64,000 nucleotides of DNA, taken from contig OX638152.1 in assembly GCA_951804945.1 (NCBI GenBank), forward strand, positions 43,276,001 through 43,340,000, given 5' to 3'. A program made the translations under genes and the position numbers. The stretch's first letter is position 1; each line of letters starts with the position of its first letter. This stretch comes from Podarcis cretensis. Its lineage: Eukaryota. The notes under the pieces were generated by a model. It was not told the DNA's origin and did not search any database. It saw nothing but the letters and a program-made list of their open reading frames with translations. Positions 22,790 through 35,809 of this stretch are shown piece after piece.

Positions 22790-24190
22790 AGTCTCAAATC
22801 TTCCATTCTTGGGCAAGGTGATTGAGCGCGTGGTTGCTGAACAACTCCAGGCACGCCTGGAGGATGCGGACCATTTGGATCCCTTCCAATCGGGATTCAG
22901 GCCTCATCATGGGACTGAAACTGCCTTGGTCGCGCTGGTTGATGATCTCTGGTGAGCTAGGGACAAAGGTGAGAGTTGTTTCCTAGTTCTGCTGGATCTC
23001 TCAGCGGCCTTTGATACAATCGACCATAACATCCTTCTGGACTGTCTAGAGGGGCTGGGAGCTGGGGGCACTGTTATACAGTGGTTTCGCTCCTTCCTCC
23101 TGGGCCGTGTTCAGAAAGTGGTGGTGGGGGATGAGTGTTCAGACCCCTGGGCCCTCACTTGTGGGGTGCCTCAGGGTTCCGTCCTCTCCCCCATGCTTTT
23201 TAACATCTATATGAAGCTGCTGGGAGAGATCATCAGGGGGTTTGGACTGGGTGTCCATCAATATGCAGATGATACCCAGTTCTACCTCTCTTTCAAATCA
23301 GAACCAGTGAAGGCGGTGAAGGTCCTGTGTGAGTGCCTGGAGGCGGTTGGAGGATGGATGGTGGCTAATGGATTGAGGTTGAATCCTGACAAGACAGAAG
23401 TACTGTTTTTGGGGGACAGGGGGCGGGCTGGTGTGGAGGACTCCCTGGTCCTGAATAGGGTAACTGTGCCCCTGAAGGACCAGGTGCGCAGCCTGGGAGT
23501 CATTTTGGACTCACAGCTGTCCATGGAGGCGCAGGTCAATTCTGTATCCAGGGCAGCTGTCTACCAACTCCACCTGGTATGCAGGCTGATACCCTACCTG
23601 CCCGCGGACTGTCTCGTCAGAGTGGTGCATGCTCTAGTTATCTCCCGCTTGGACTACTGCAATGCGCTCTACGTGGGGCTACCTTTGAAGGTGACTCGGA
23701 AACTACAACTAATCCAGAATGCGGCAGCTAGACTGGTGACTGGGGGCGGCCGCCGAGACCACATAACACCGGTCTTGAAAGACCTACATTGGCTCCCAGT
23801 ACGTTTCCGAGCACAATTCAAAGTGCTGGTGTTGACCTTTAAAGCCCTAAACGGCCTCGGCCAAGTATCGTTCTGCCCGGACGCTGAGGTCCAGCGCCGA
23901 GGGCCTTCTGGCGGTTCCCTCATTACGAGAAGCAAAGCTACAGGGAACCAGGCAGAGGGCCTTCTCGGTAGTGGCACCCACCCTGTGGAACGCCCTCCCA
24001 TCAGATGTCAGAGCGATAAATAACTACCTGACATTCAGAAGACATCTTAAGGCAGCCCTGTTCAGGGAAGTTTTTAATCTGTGATATTTTAGTGTATTTC
24101 TGGTTTTTATGGAAGCCGCCCAGAGTGGCTGGGGAAACCCAGCCAGATGGGCGGGGTACAAATAATAAATTATTATTATTATTATTATTA
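22790..24190 (+). mobile_element. L2-clade LINE, 5'-truncated, with a nearly intact reverse transcriptase domain
   Basis: RT motifs VSNLPFLGKVIERVV, QSGFRPHHGTETAL, LLDLSAAFDTIDH, GVPQGSVLSPMLFNIYM and YADD. One in-frame TGA (22953-22955) and a frameshifting deletion near 23865. (TTA)n tail. Confidence 0.95.
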
Positions 24191-25404
24191 TGTTGCCTTT
24201 CCATAGTTGAAACTATGCTCAAGGGGGCTTACAACATGACACGATTTACATAATTACAAACATAACAGAAGTAAAAAACAATAAATAAAACACATCAAAA
24301 AGTACACAACTTAACGGCAACAATTTCCACATAAATCATAAGATCTAAAACTAAAGATACAACAATAATATCAATAACAGCAACAGCTCTCTCAATACTC
24401 CAGCCCAAGAATCTGTTCAACAGCCTCAGCTTTTGTAGCTGGAGTCAGTCAGCCCTCCACTCTCCCAGGCCAGATGGGAAAAGGCCAGTAAGGCAGGGTG
24501 CAGGTCTTCCAAGGCTCACAGCCAAGTTGGTCTCATTTAAAACAACACAGATAAAAATTAAAAACAATTTAAAAGAGGAGCCCTCAGTGTTAAGCAGCAG
24601 TCATAGTCCTTGTGAAGCCTGTCAAACCCCACTCCAAGCCAGGTGGAAAGAGGCAAGGGGGGGCCCTTCAGGGCCTCAGCAGGCAGTCCTCCTCCAGGCA
24701 AGTACACCTCAGATTCTTCTAGTTGGCTGGTCTCCCACTCCACTGAGCTTTGAGCGTTGTTGCTTGGCAACGAGACTATGGTATTAAGCACAGCTAAGGC
24801 ATGGATGAATTTGTCTACAGTACTTATAAGACCATAAAACTGCTGGATCAGGACAACGGCTCGCCTATGAGTAACCGACAAGCAGGACTCAAGGGCAAGC
24901 GCGCTCTTGCCTCCTGCAGTTTCCTGTATCCAACCATGGAGGTAGAGCATAGCCATCATCACTGGTAGCCATTGATAGCCTCACCCTCAATGAAAATCCC
25001 AGTAAAACCAGAGTGGTCTACTGGGAAACCGTAATTGTCATGTGGAGAGATGAATCTGGACTTCCTGCTTTCTTAGAGCTGAGCCAAAAATTCTCAGGAA
25101 AGACTATTCTGATAAACACTCGGAGAATTATTGGAATGGCCATCCACAATTTACACACACAAGTAAATGGCTAAGCCCTACACTTGGTGGAATGATTCTT
25201 CCAGGCCCTCCACCATTGAGTGAAATTGTAGATCCAACCCAATGTACTTTAATATTGTTGAGTGAAGTAACTGGCTTGGTCCCCACTACTACCAACCCTC
25301 CTTTCCTAGCCGTGTCCCTCCTTCACCACCAAAGATGAATGGACAAGAAAGTTTCATTTGACGCTAAGTGAGCCAACATTTCTCAGAAAGGAGTTTTCTG
25401 ATAA

Positions 25405-27053
25405 TTTTTTTTTTTTAATAATATTTATTAAAGATTTTCAAATACAACAGAAAAAGAAAAACATCCAAATTTAAAACCTTATTTTCATTAGCATCTTTCC
25501 AGGACTTCCCCTCCCCTCCCCCTCTTGTATTCCAATTCTTTCAAATAGATTCAGCAAATTCTTACCCCAAGTTTTAAAATTATTATCATTAACCCAATTT
25601 TTTTTTTAAAAAAAATATTTTCCCATCCCCTAAAATCGACTTGTTCCCTTCCACGAGTTCCCCTCTTTAGTATGCAATACAGATTAACATAAAAAAATAG
25701 AAAAAAGAATAAAATGTAATTTAACACCCTTTGGATTCCAAATTTCCCTCCCCCCTTTCCCGGTTGTGTTCCCAATGTCCGTCAATGTCTACTGCCATCC
25801 TGGAGCTCCCACATCTAAGCCATAGTCCTTCACCAGTCCGCTTTGCCGTCTTTTTAATAGTCTTTGCTAAGTCTATGGCTTAGATGTGGGAGCTCCAGGA
25901 TGCCATCTTTTGATCATCTTTGGTTTCGAATGTCCAATCTTGGAAGGAGTCTATCTTCCAACTTTGTCCAGTTCTTGTTATTCTTGTTGTTCTTGTTGTT
26001 CTCTCTTCTCCTCTTTTTTTTTTTCCCCTGCTCTCCTGCACAAATGTTCTAATTCCAAAAGCTTCTAATTCCTCTGCAGAGGCTTTGTTATTCAGGAACA
26101 AAACATTACGTCAAGTCCCTTTCATTCTTCAATAGATAAATCTATTGTCTCCTTTAGTGTATAAACCTCTGTAGACAAAATAGTGTTCCATTTCTGCAGT
26201 TTCCCAGGAGATAAAAAAATCCTATTCAAATTCCATGCCAGCAGTACTTATAATGTCCCACAGCTCCTCTAGAGGGATTTATAGTAACACAGTTTCCTTC
26301 CCGATCGCACCCAACAGACAAAGTAACTTATTATTCCTTGTTTTAAACAGTTTATATCCAATTTATAACAAATGTAACCAGCAAAGTCCTCGTAACAAAG
26401 TTCTCTTTTTGTTCTTCCGCTTTGACAGCTCCTTTCTCCTCTCCTGGCGCTCTCACGGATCGCTCCCGGGGTTTCCGGGGGGGGGGGGTTGCATTTTAAT
26501 TCACATTCCACTTTTCTCCTCCAGCCCAGCTTATAATTTTCCATCGCGAAATTAATAACTTTATCAAAAAAAAAAAAGGTTGCATTTGATCTTAGTTGTC
26601 AAATCCTTTGCTTTAGCTCCTCTACAACAGGGGGGAGGCTGACTTCCTTTTTGCACCTCCCCCGCTCACTCCGAATTTAAAAAAAATAAAAATCCCCTTT
26701 TTAATCCAAGTTCCAATTACTCACGGGTTATTCTTTTAAGTCCAAATTTTCAATGGAAGAAGTCAGTGCTCTCCGCCAAATGGCATGCAGCTTCGCTCGG
26801 CAGGGGAAGCGGAGGACTCACAGCACCAACCCCCCCTGTCACCCGCTCCGTAGCCTTTAAAAAGGCTCCTTTGCGTGGTCGGGGGGGCGCAAACGGTGCC
26901 CGCTGAGTCACCCTGCCCATGGGTTTCAGCGCCCATGGTTTTTGAGGGTCCCTGCGTCGCCGGCGCGGTAGAACCCAGCCCCTGCCGAGCAGGCTCCCTC
27001 CGGAGCTCGGAGGGAGTCCGCCATTCGGCGATGGCGCCAACCCGGAAGTCCCC
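25405..27053 (-). mobile_element. Full-length non-autonomous L1-like retroposon (1.65 kb)
   Basis: On the minus strand: 5' GGGGACTTCCGGG start, CpG-rich 5'UTR (26770-27050), AATAAA plus poly(A) at the 3' end, 8-bp TSD TCTGATAA (25397-25404, 27054-27061). No RT or endonuclease motifs. Confidence 0.75.
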
Positions 27054-27348
27054 TCTGATAAATTTTCTTTCCCACCATCACTCAAACTGTTAGATAATTT
27101 GACCACCCCACCCTACCCCACCCCCAGTCCTTGAGAATATTCAGCAAAATTCTTATCAGCCCCATTTTGCCACCCTCAAACAGCATGGAGATGTACTGCT
27201 AATTGCACTGTAAATGACTTCATTAAATTAAAAAAAATGCCATCAGTTTATTAAACATGACCACAAAGCCCCCCGTGTGTTAAGATGATTTCCATATAAA
27301 TGAGGAAATGCAAGGAATGCAGGGTGGATGAAATCAAATGCTCCCAAG

Positions 27349-27349
<1 letters not shown>

Positions 27350-27402
<53 letters not shown>

Positions 27403-27432
27403 TTATACCCCGTCCATCTGGCTGGGTTTCCC
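27350..27432 (-). mobile_element. Extremely truncated L2 3' tail with expanded (AAT)n
   Basis: TTTATACCCCGTCCATCTGGCTGGGTTTCCC matches the L2 3' end at 17967-17998. Confidence 0.75.
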
Positions 27433-27553
27433 ATTCCATAAAGGTTAAACCCACTGGGCCAAAAAGGAAACCATGTGAAAATTCAATATCAATTGCACCT
27501 ATGAGGTTAAACATGCATTATTCAAATCAAAGACTTTTTATTTGCAGTTTCTC

Positions 27554-29421
27554 TCTTTTTTTTTAATAAAGTTTTTTATTTATACAACAAGAAAACACAC
27601 ACACACACAAATACCAAATTACACACAAATTACAAAAATAACCATAGACACATAATTTTCTTAGCAAACAATAAAACATCTATTGGTCTTAACACTAAAG
27701 ACCCAACCTCCCGTCTATTACATATTTCAAATTCATATTACTTATTGCCAATACACACTTTTATCATAATTAAACTTATTCTCAATAAATCTAATTTCTT
27801 ATATCTACCTTGCAACTATTACTGAAGTTCCTCGAATGCTGCAACAGAATTTAAACTACTATATTTATTTTTCAGCTATTCTTTGAAAACCTCCCTTTTG
27901 GAACAAATTCCTGTTTTGATTTATTCTTTATTTTTTCTGATAAACCATCTAATTCAGCATATTCTGTCAGCTTTTGGATCCAATCTTGTATAGAGGGGAT
28001 TTCATTACTCTTCCATTTTGCTGCGATCAAAACTCTTGCTGCCGTCGTCGCATATAAAAAGATACCCTTCCTCTTTTGTGGAATATCCAAATCTGTTATT
28101 CCCAGGAGGTAGGCCTCTGTTTTTTTATTGAAAGAGATCTTTAGCATTTTTTTTGCAGTTCTGCATGTATACTCTCCAAGAATACCTGTATTTTCCTACA
28201 TATCCACCACATATGGTAGAATGTTCCTGAGTCTCCGCATCTCCAACAATTACTTGACACATTTTTATACATTTTTGAAAGCTTCCATGGTGTTAGATAC
28301 CATCGATGTTGCATTTTTTGAAAGTTCTCTCTAATCGTGTAACAATTTGTGAATTTCCAATTGATCTTCCATAAATTTTCCCATTGGGCCATGGTTATTG
28401 AATGGCCAAAATCCTAGGACCACCTCACCATTGCCACTGTTACCTCCGCCTCCTTGACTGTCCAGTCAAGGAGGAGTCGGTAAGTTTTGGAAAGAGTTTT
28501 TCTTTTAGAATTTACAAGATCAGATTCGAATCGGGAAATTTCTGTTGAGAACCCCTTTTGTTTGTCAGATTTTTCAAATAACTGATGGTATTGGAACCAG
28601 TCTGAAATGTGTTCTCTTATTTCCTCAAAGTTTTTAAATTTTATTTGGTTATCTTCATTTTTTAGAAGTATTTTATATGTTGGCCAGCTTTCCTGAGTAT
28701 TTTTCCGTTTTACTGCTATGGCTTCTATTGGAGAAGTCCACCACGGGACTTTAGGCTCCATCAGGTCTTTATATTTTTCCCATACAGCAAAGAGTGACTT
28801 TCTTATTATATGGTTAGTAATTTTTTTATGAATTTTCGCTTTTCCATATATCAGGTAGGTGTGCCATCCCCAATGGTTGTCAAAGCCTTCCAGGTCCAGG
28901 AGGTCCGGATCCTGCAACATGCACCAATCTTTTAGCCAGGTGAAACAGGCTGCCTCGTAGTAAAGTTTTAGGTCGGGTAGGGAAAAGCCTCATCTCTCTT
29001 TTATGTCTATTAAGATCAGGTGTTTAATCCTAGGTTTCTTCCCTTCCCACAGGAATTTGGAAATTTCTCTTTGCCATATCTTGAGACAACCTGCTTCGCC
29101 CAGTATTGGAATCATTTGAAATAAAAAGATTAATTTTGGAAGCACATTGATCTTTATAATGGAAATCCTACCCAGAAATGTTAATTTTAGTTTACTCCAG
29201 GCTACAAAGTTTTTTCTAATCTCTAACCAAGTTTTGGTGTAATTATCCTGAAATAAGTTTATGTTCTTGGGGGTGATCCAAATACCCAAGTATTTCGCTT
29301 TTGAGGAGATTTTCAGGCCCAATATTTTTTCTAAGTCGTCCTTTTCTTCTGTGGTTACATTTTTAACAAGCATTTTTGTTTTTGTTGTATTCAGCTTAAA
29401 GCCTACCACTTCTCCAAATTC
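27554..29421 (-). mobile_element. L1 LINE, 5'-truncated ORF2 (pseudogenised)
   Basis: Encodes GFKLNTTKTK...KYLGI...GRISIIKINVLPKLIFLFQ, the zinc knuckle CWRCGDSGTFYHMWWIC, and AYLLG. 17-bp TSD TTTATTTGCAGTTTCTC (27537-27553, 29422-29438). Several frameshifts. Confidence 0.93.
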
Positions 29422-29644
29422 TTTATTTGCAGTTTCTCACTGTTCCTTACTGCTTTAATAATTATGAACTTATCTGTCAGTCAGTCATCAGCTTACTACA
29501 AATTTTAAAACATGCAAAAGAAATGTATTCCCCCCAAAAAATGGAAGATAGAAATAAGCATAACAAAAACCAAACAAAACCAACCTCTAAAAGGAACAGT
29601 AAATTACAATAACTGAGAAAGCAACCTCAGCATATAAGTTATAG

Positions 29645-29930
29645 AACCTGTTTTTATCAGCCAGGATGAGCAAGGATCCCACACACAGGTTGTTGCACAA
29701 ATCTGGCCAGGAACCTTGTCTACATCCTCAGGCTGCATCAGTTGAAATTCATCCAACACTGGGCAAGACTGTGCAATAGACACCACAGTGGAGTCAACTC
29801 CTGTAATAGTGAAGGCCAAGTCCTGGTGGATGCAAGCAATTTTATCCTCAAAATGCCAAAGGAAGTGTTGGTGGGGAAATGGTATTGCTGGCAAGTGTTC
29901 TTGGTAAACCATGATAAAGTTAAGCTGCAA
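29645..29930 (-). mobile_element. Old L2 ORF2 fragment (region upstream of RT)
   Basis: Encodes HFEDKIACIHQDL...FQLMQPEDVDKV...ATTCVWDPCSSWLIK, a characteristic L2 motif. Confidence 0.7.
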
Positions 29931-29983
29931 CTCATTTCATTTTAAAAACAAGCAACGAACCAAATTCATAATTGGAAAGAAAT

Positions 29984-31496
29984 TTGCCCTGCCAGACCTC
30001 AAACTTTATTATGAATCAGCAGCGTTCTGCTGGTTGAAAGACTGGCTGCTTCTTGAGAACACAGACATTTTGGACTTAGAAGGTTTCAATAATGCTTTTG
30101 GGTGGCATGCATATTTGTGGTACGACAAGGTTAAAGTTCATAAAGCATTTAAAAACCATATTGTCAGGAAAACATTGTTTAATGTCTGGATAAGATATAA
30201 AGACTTGTTGGAAAATAAAACCTCTAGGTGGTTGTCACCAATGGAAGCAAAAGCTCTTAAAAGACTCAATATGGAGGCCAAATGGCCGAAGTATTGGGAA
30301 ATATTGGAACAACAAGGAGATAAACTGAAATTGCAGAGTTTTGAGAAATTAAAAGATAAAGTGCGAGATTGGCTTCATTATTTTCAAATAAGAGAGGCAT
30401 ATAATTCGGACAAAAAAATTGGCTTCCAGGTGGAAAAATCAAAATTGGAAACAGAATTATTAGAACCCAAAACTAAGACACTATCAAGAATGTATAACTT
30501 GCTGTTAAAATAGAATACACAGGATGAAACGGTTAAATCAGCTATGATTAAATGGGCACAAGATATTGGTCATAATATTATGTTTGCTGACTGGGAACAG
30601 TTGTGGACCACCGGTATGAAATTTACGGCATGTAATGCCCTAAGAGAGAATATTATGAAAATGATGTATAGGTGGTACATGACCCCAGTCAAGCTTGCAA
30701 AAATCTATCATTTGCCCGATAATAAATGCTGGAAATGTAAAGAGACTGAAGGTACATTCTTTCACCTTTGGTGGACGTGCCCAAAGATTAAGGCTTTCTG
30801 GGAAATGATCTATAATGAAATGAAAAAGGTGTTTAAGTACACCTTCCTGAAGAAACCAGAGGCCTTTCTCCTGGGCATGGTTGGCCATTTGGTGTTAAAG
30901 AAGGATAGAACTTTTTTATGTATGCAACAACAGCAGCAAGAATACTTATCGCAAAGTATTGGAAGACACAAGACCTACCCACCCTGGAAGAGTGGCAGAT
31001 GAAGGTGATGGACTATATGGAATTAGTGGAAATGACTGGCAGAATCCGAGACCTGGGAGAAGAGTTGGTGGAAGAAGATTGGAAGAAATTTAAAGACTAC
31101 CTGCAGAAACATTACAAAATTAATGAATGTTAAAATGATGTTGGATTGAAAATAAGTGGTATTAGCAACAAAGTTAAAAAGAGTATGCAATAAGAGAATT
31201 GATAATGGGTGAAAACATAGAATTTTGACACGTTAAGATACAGAGTTAAGATAAACAAAAGAGGGTAAGGATTTGCTGATCTGATTATGTAAATGGGAAT
31301 ACAAAAAGGGAAGGTGCGAGGAGGTCAGGAAAATAAGGATATGAGTTATAAAGTTAGCAAAAGAATAATCTTTTTTTCTTTTTTCTTTTTGTTATTTTTA
31401 TTCTTAATTTTTTTGTATTATGTGTATTTTCCTGTTTTGTGCCTTTTCTTTCTTGTTGAATTTTGCTAAAACTTCAATAAATATTTATATGAAAAA
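29984..31496 (+). mobile_element. L1 LINE, 5'-truncated ORF2 C-terminus and 3'UTR
   Basis: Encodes FALPDLKLYYESA..., the zinc knuckle CWKCKETEGTFFHLWWTC and KPEAFLLG. AATAAA plus A tail; probable TSD AAAGAAAT (29976-29983, 31497-31504). Confidence 0.93.
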
Positions 31497-34400
31497 AAAG
31501 AAATAATTTGACAACTGTAGTTGTCCAAAGATCTCTCTCTCTCTCTCTCTTTTTTTTTTTGAAGTACACTTTCCAATTGTGCATCAGGATTGTATACAGA
31601 TGTCTCAGACAAGGACAAAAGAATAATAGTCAGCCTTGGTATAAAAGCATGTTCTACAGAATGAAGGAGAGGGGAGCACAATTGGGTGACTATGGAAGCA
31701 TTTATTTTAAAGCACAGCTTTGAAAAGAAATGCATTTAGCTCTTAGAATCTGAAGGCATGGCCATAGCAAGGTAGCTGGAGAAAAGCACTGCCCATTTAC
31801 AGTGCATCTAACATATTGCCTGCATCACAACCAAAATGGATTTTTTAAATAATAATAAGTCTAATAATAGACCTTCTGTGCATGTATAAAATCTACATCA
31901 GGAATGGGAAACCTGTGGACCTCCAGACATTGCTGGGTTCAAAATCCCACCACTCATGACCTTAAGGCATGCTGGGTGGGGCAGATGAGAGCTGGAGCCC
32001 AACGTCAGGAGAATTTCTAGTCCATATACTATGGTTTGAAACAAATAATTACTTGATAAAGTACAGCTGAATCATGCAGAAAACTGTAAGTCCTCTTCCA
32101 TTAACAGGCCATCCATTATTCACAAGCAAGCCATACCACATTCAACAGGCTTATTTCTCAAAAGGCATGTATAAGATCAGACTTGCATGTCTTCCTTTAA
32201 TTTTCACTGAAACCTTGAAAGCACTGGCTTCAGACCAACACAACTAGATTGTGGTCATATAATCACATCACAACCCCCTCCCCCTACCCACACATAAAGT
32301 CCACTAATAAGCAGAATCAGAAGTCTTAAAGAGTTTGTGGTTGACAGCTCGTCATCTTCTTAAAATACTATGCTCCTGGTTCCCCCATGTGATGCCCTCC
32401 AAAATACATTGCAGTTGGTGTGCTCCGTGGGAGGCAAAAGAGCTTTTGTGACGCTTATCATGTCATTAAATCATACTTAAAGGCAAGTAGCTTTTAAGTG
32501 CAGCTTACACTGTATATAGAATTTGAATGCAGTGTTTCCCACATTCTAGACACCTCGGTTAATATTTTGAAACCCTGCAGGCAGTGAGCATTTTCCCATC
32601 CATTTGACATTGCAGCAGCTTACACATGTTCCCAGGGCATCACCTGACAAGGCAGTGGCAACATGTGGAGACAACGGGTAGCACCCTCGAGACCTTCACG
32701 GTCTGCCCCTGTTGTCATGAGTTGGTGGGGGTGGGTTCCCCTTCTCTTTCTCTATTCTTTCTTAAAATAGAGAATCTCAGGCTTGAAAATATATGCAGGT
32801 GAGAAGGCACAGCTGGAGGGAGGCAACTAAGCCATTTCTCCCATGACTAGGAGGTACAGATTCAGAATTAGAGTCTTCCAGTGTACACCAGTACGATATA
32901 TGCAACACAGGAACCAGAAGAGAAGGGGGGAAATGGATTTCTGAAGCATAGACAACAGTGCTAATGAGGGTTATGCAGCTGCAAAGTAAGGGGTGCATTT
33001 CAGCAGTGTGGATGCTAAGTAACCAGCATGAACTCCATTGAGGCTTGATTAGCTCACCTCAATTTACCATTACCACATGACAGGAATGGTGAACTGGGAA
33101 TCCAGGTGTTGTTGGATTCCAACTCCCATCTACCCCTGCCAGCATGGAGGGCTACAGGTTCCTTATCAGAGTTGGCCTTTAGTAACTGGGGATTCCATAT
33201 CCCATATGCATAAATGTGGCTGGCTGCTTAACTGTACCATTCTATCATATGACGCTTCAAGGTGGACTTGTTGCCAGTTAGTCCTGCTTGCTCCAGGAAG
33301 GCTGGTGTTGTTGCACCACTTGTGATAAAAGGTAAAGTTAAAAATAGGTGGGGATTGCTTGGCCAGGGATGAGATGCTGCTTGAACTGTGGTGGCTCAGG
33401 CTACAATTTTTTAGCCCCCCCCCCAAGGAAAGGAGTGATTATCTATATTCAACCTCCAAAGTGGTCTAACTTCCATAAAAGCCTGCCAACATCTCCCAGG
33501 CAGCATGAAATGATCCGACTATTCTACTTGCAGCAGAGGTAATTAAAGAAACAATTCTTTGCGGTGGGGAACCACCTACTATTACAAATACCGTTCTAAT
33601 GAAAAGGCGGATCTATAAAAAAATGCCGCCAACCCAGCTGGAAACCTAAACGCTTTTTCTAAAGGCACAGGATAGAGCAATCTCTCCCTTTCTTAAAAAT
33701 GAGATTCTGCATTTGATTTTTCTACTAGGCAAAGGAAGTATACAAAGGCACCTGCTTCCTTTTTTCATTCTTGTACAGAGAAAATTGAACATGTGTGTGG
33801 CAGTATATATGATAAAAGCAAGTAACTAGTCTCTGTTTCTGGTTTGAGCAAAAGGTTTTTTGCAGCGTGATGCAAAGCTGCAATCGAGCAAAGAGGTGGC
33901 TGTGCCATTAAGGAAACAGCTGCTGCCTCCAGGTGGTGCAGTGGGTAGGTGCATTCAGCTGTTAACCAGAAGGTTGATGGTTTGAACCATTGCAGAGGGT
34001 TGGACTAGATGACCCTCAGGGTCCCTTCCAACTCTACAGTGTTATGATTCTTTGCTAAACAAGCAACAACCCAAGTTCCATTTTTAAAAAACACAAACCC
34101 AACTTTGCTGCTTCTAGTGCTAAGCAGGATTCTCTTTATGGCCTTTGAGGTCATACTTCAATCTTTTGTGTATGCATTTCTAAATGTTATATGCTGTACC
34201 TTTGGTGACAATTTTAACGTAAAAAACCAATAGAGCCCACCATATCATATAACAGTAAAAGGCAACTGCCTGTGTCGTGTGCCCCTTAGCCAGCCTGCTC
34301 CACCCCCTGCACCAAAGCTCAGCCTACCCTGAAGCACTGCGATTGCCACCCCCCAACCCAGTGCTGTCCCCAGCTCCTCTCCGCTCAAACACATCTCCCT

Positions 34401-34997
34401 TCCCTCAATAAAATTATGACGACAACAAAACCCACACAAACTAAAAAGAGTTAAGCACCTAAACAACACTACAGCCCAGCTGTCTGTTCAGCTTTTGTAG
34501 CTGGAGTCAGTCAGGGCCCTGCCCTACCAGGCCAGGTGGAGAAAGGCCTGCAAGGCAGGGGGCAGGTCTTCTAGGATTCACAGCCAAGATGGCCTCTGGC
34601 CTCTTCAGCAGCCTTAACCTTCATAGCTGGACTCAGTCAGGGTTAGTCATGTTCATTAACATTGAAGAGGAGTAGCATTTGACACAGCCCATGGAGTCCA
34701 GTCCCCACCCAAGAAAGTGCTGAACATGCTAAAAGAAGCAAGAAAAGGTTATGTGCACTTTGCTGTCGTTCCTCCTAATATTAATAATAATGTCCCATTG
34801 ATTTCAGTGGTCCTCACTTCAAAGCAAACTCACAGCTACATGATCTATGCATTCCTCAGTCCAAAAGGTTAGGCAGCAAATGTAGCATTTATAACACATG
34901 GCTGTTCCTGCTTACAGTCAGTGTCAGAGTATGTTCATGTTGATGAGTAATGCAACCCTTGCACCTAGTAGCAAATGCTGAGATGGGATAAAATACC

Positions 34998-35809
34998 TGT
35001 AACGGTGCCTTAGTGTGCAACTGGATGAATGGGAAGCAATACCAGTTTGGACAATGAGCACTCACACTTTGTGGGTGCCCTTTGTGGGATCACGTGGTGC
35101 TACAGTTCCCAAGGAATTTACTGGCAAACAGAGACTGGCCTGCCTCTCAGTGTTAATTTTTGGAGGTTCACGCCCAGCCTCAGTTTCGTTGCTGGGAGGT
35201 GGGCCAGCCCCATATATATATATAAGGGGGTGGAGCCGACAGCATCCAGGCAGTCAGCATAGGAGATTCACCCACCCTCCCCTCCCTTAGTTTTATGTTT
35301 TCTTGTTTGCAGGTTAACTTTTTTCTTTCTGTTTAGCAGGCGCTGCTATGGTCTATGATTGGTTGCTGTTGAAGAACTGGGAAGAAATTTTCCTGCATTG
35401 GCAGGCTTTGACTTCCCCATAGCAATACCTCACAACTTTGACGGTTATGGCCTTGGGTGGAATCCTTTAGTCTTTTCTTCCCTTTATGGGGAGGGGGGCG
35501 TGAAGTAGTGACTCACCCCCCTGTGGTGGTAATTCCAGGGTCCCCTCTTAAAGGGGTTATATATATGGGTGTCACTGGCCATACACTGAAAGGTTGTCAG
35601 TGAACTACCCTGAGTGTGGGAATATGGGCTGGGCTGCCTGCTACACTTACGTCTTGCAGACCAACCCCATATCCCGTTTACCCTGATGAGCCCCAGTCCC
35701 CCCCAGCTGGGGGGCTGGGAGGGATACACGCCCAAGGCCTAAGCCAAGGTCTAACTACATTTGGAAGTTTAATAAGGTTGTGGCCTAATTTTAATTCCAT
35801 AGGTGTACA
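34998..35809 (+). mobile_element. Solo LTR related to 16834-17655
   Basis: TGTAAC start, TATA box TATATAAGGGGGTGG near 35219, AATAAGGTTGTGGCCTAATT near 35771. Boundaries approximate; no TSD confirmed. Confidence 0.55.

Noticed and set aside
23118-24023. 301-aa ORF as a host gene
   Set aside because: It is the RT of a truncated L2 element with an upstream stop and a frameshifted end.
26770-27050. CpG island of a host gene promoter
   Set aside because: Lies within the TSD-bounded L1-like element and is its 5'UTR.
27554-31496. A single L1 with a 5' inversion (twin priming)
   Set aside because: The two pieces overlap in ORF2 coordinates, are diverged from each other and have separate TSDs and tails.
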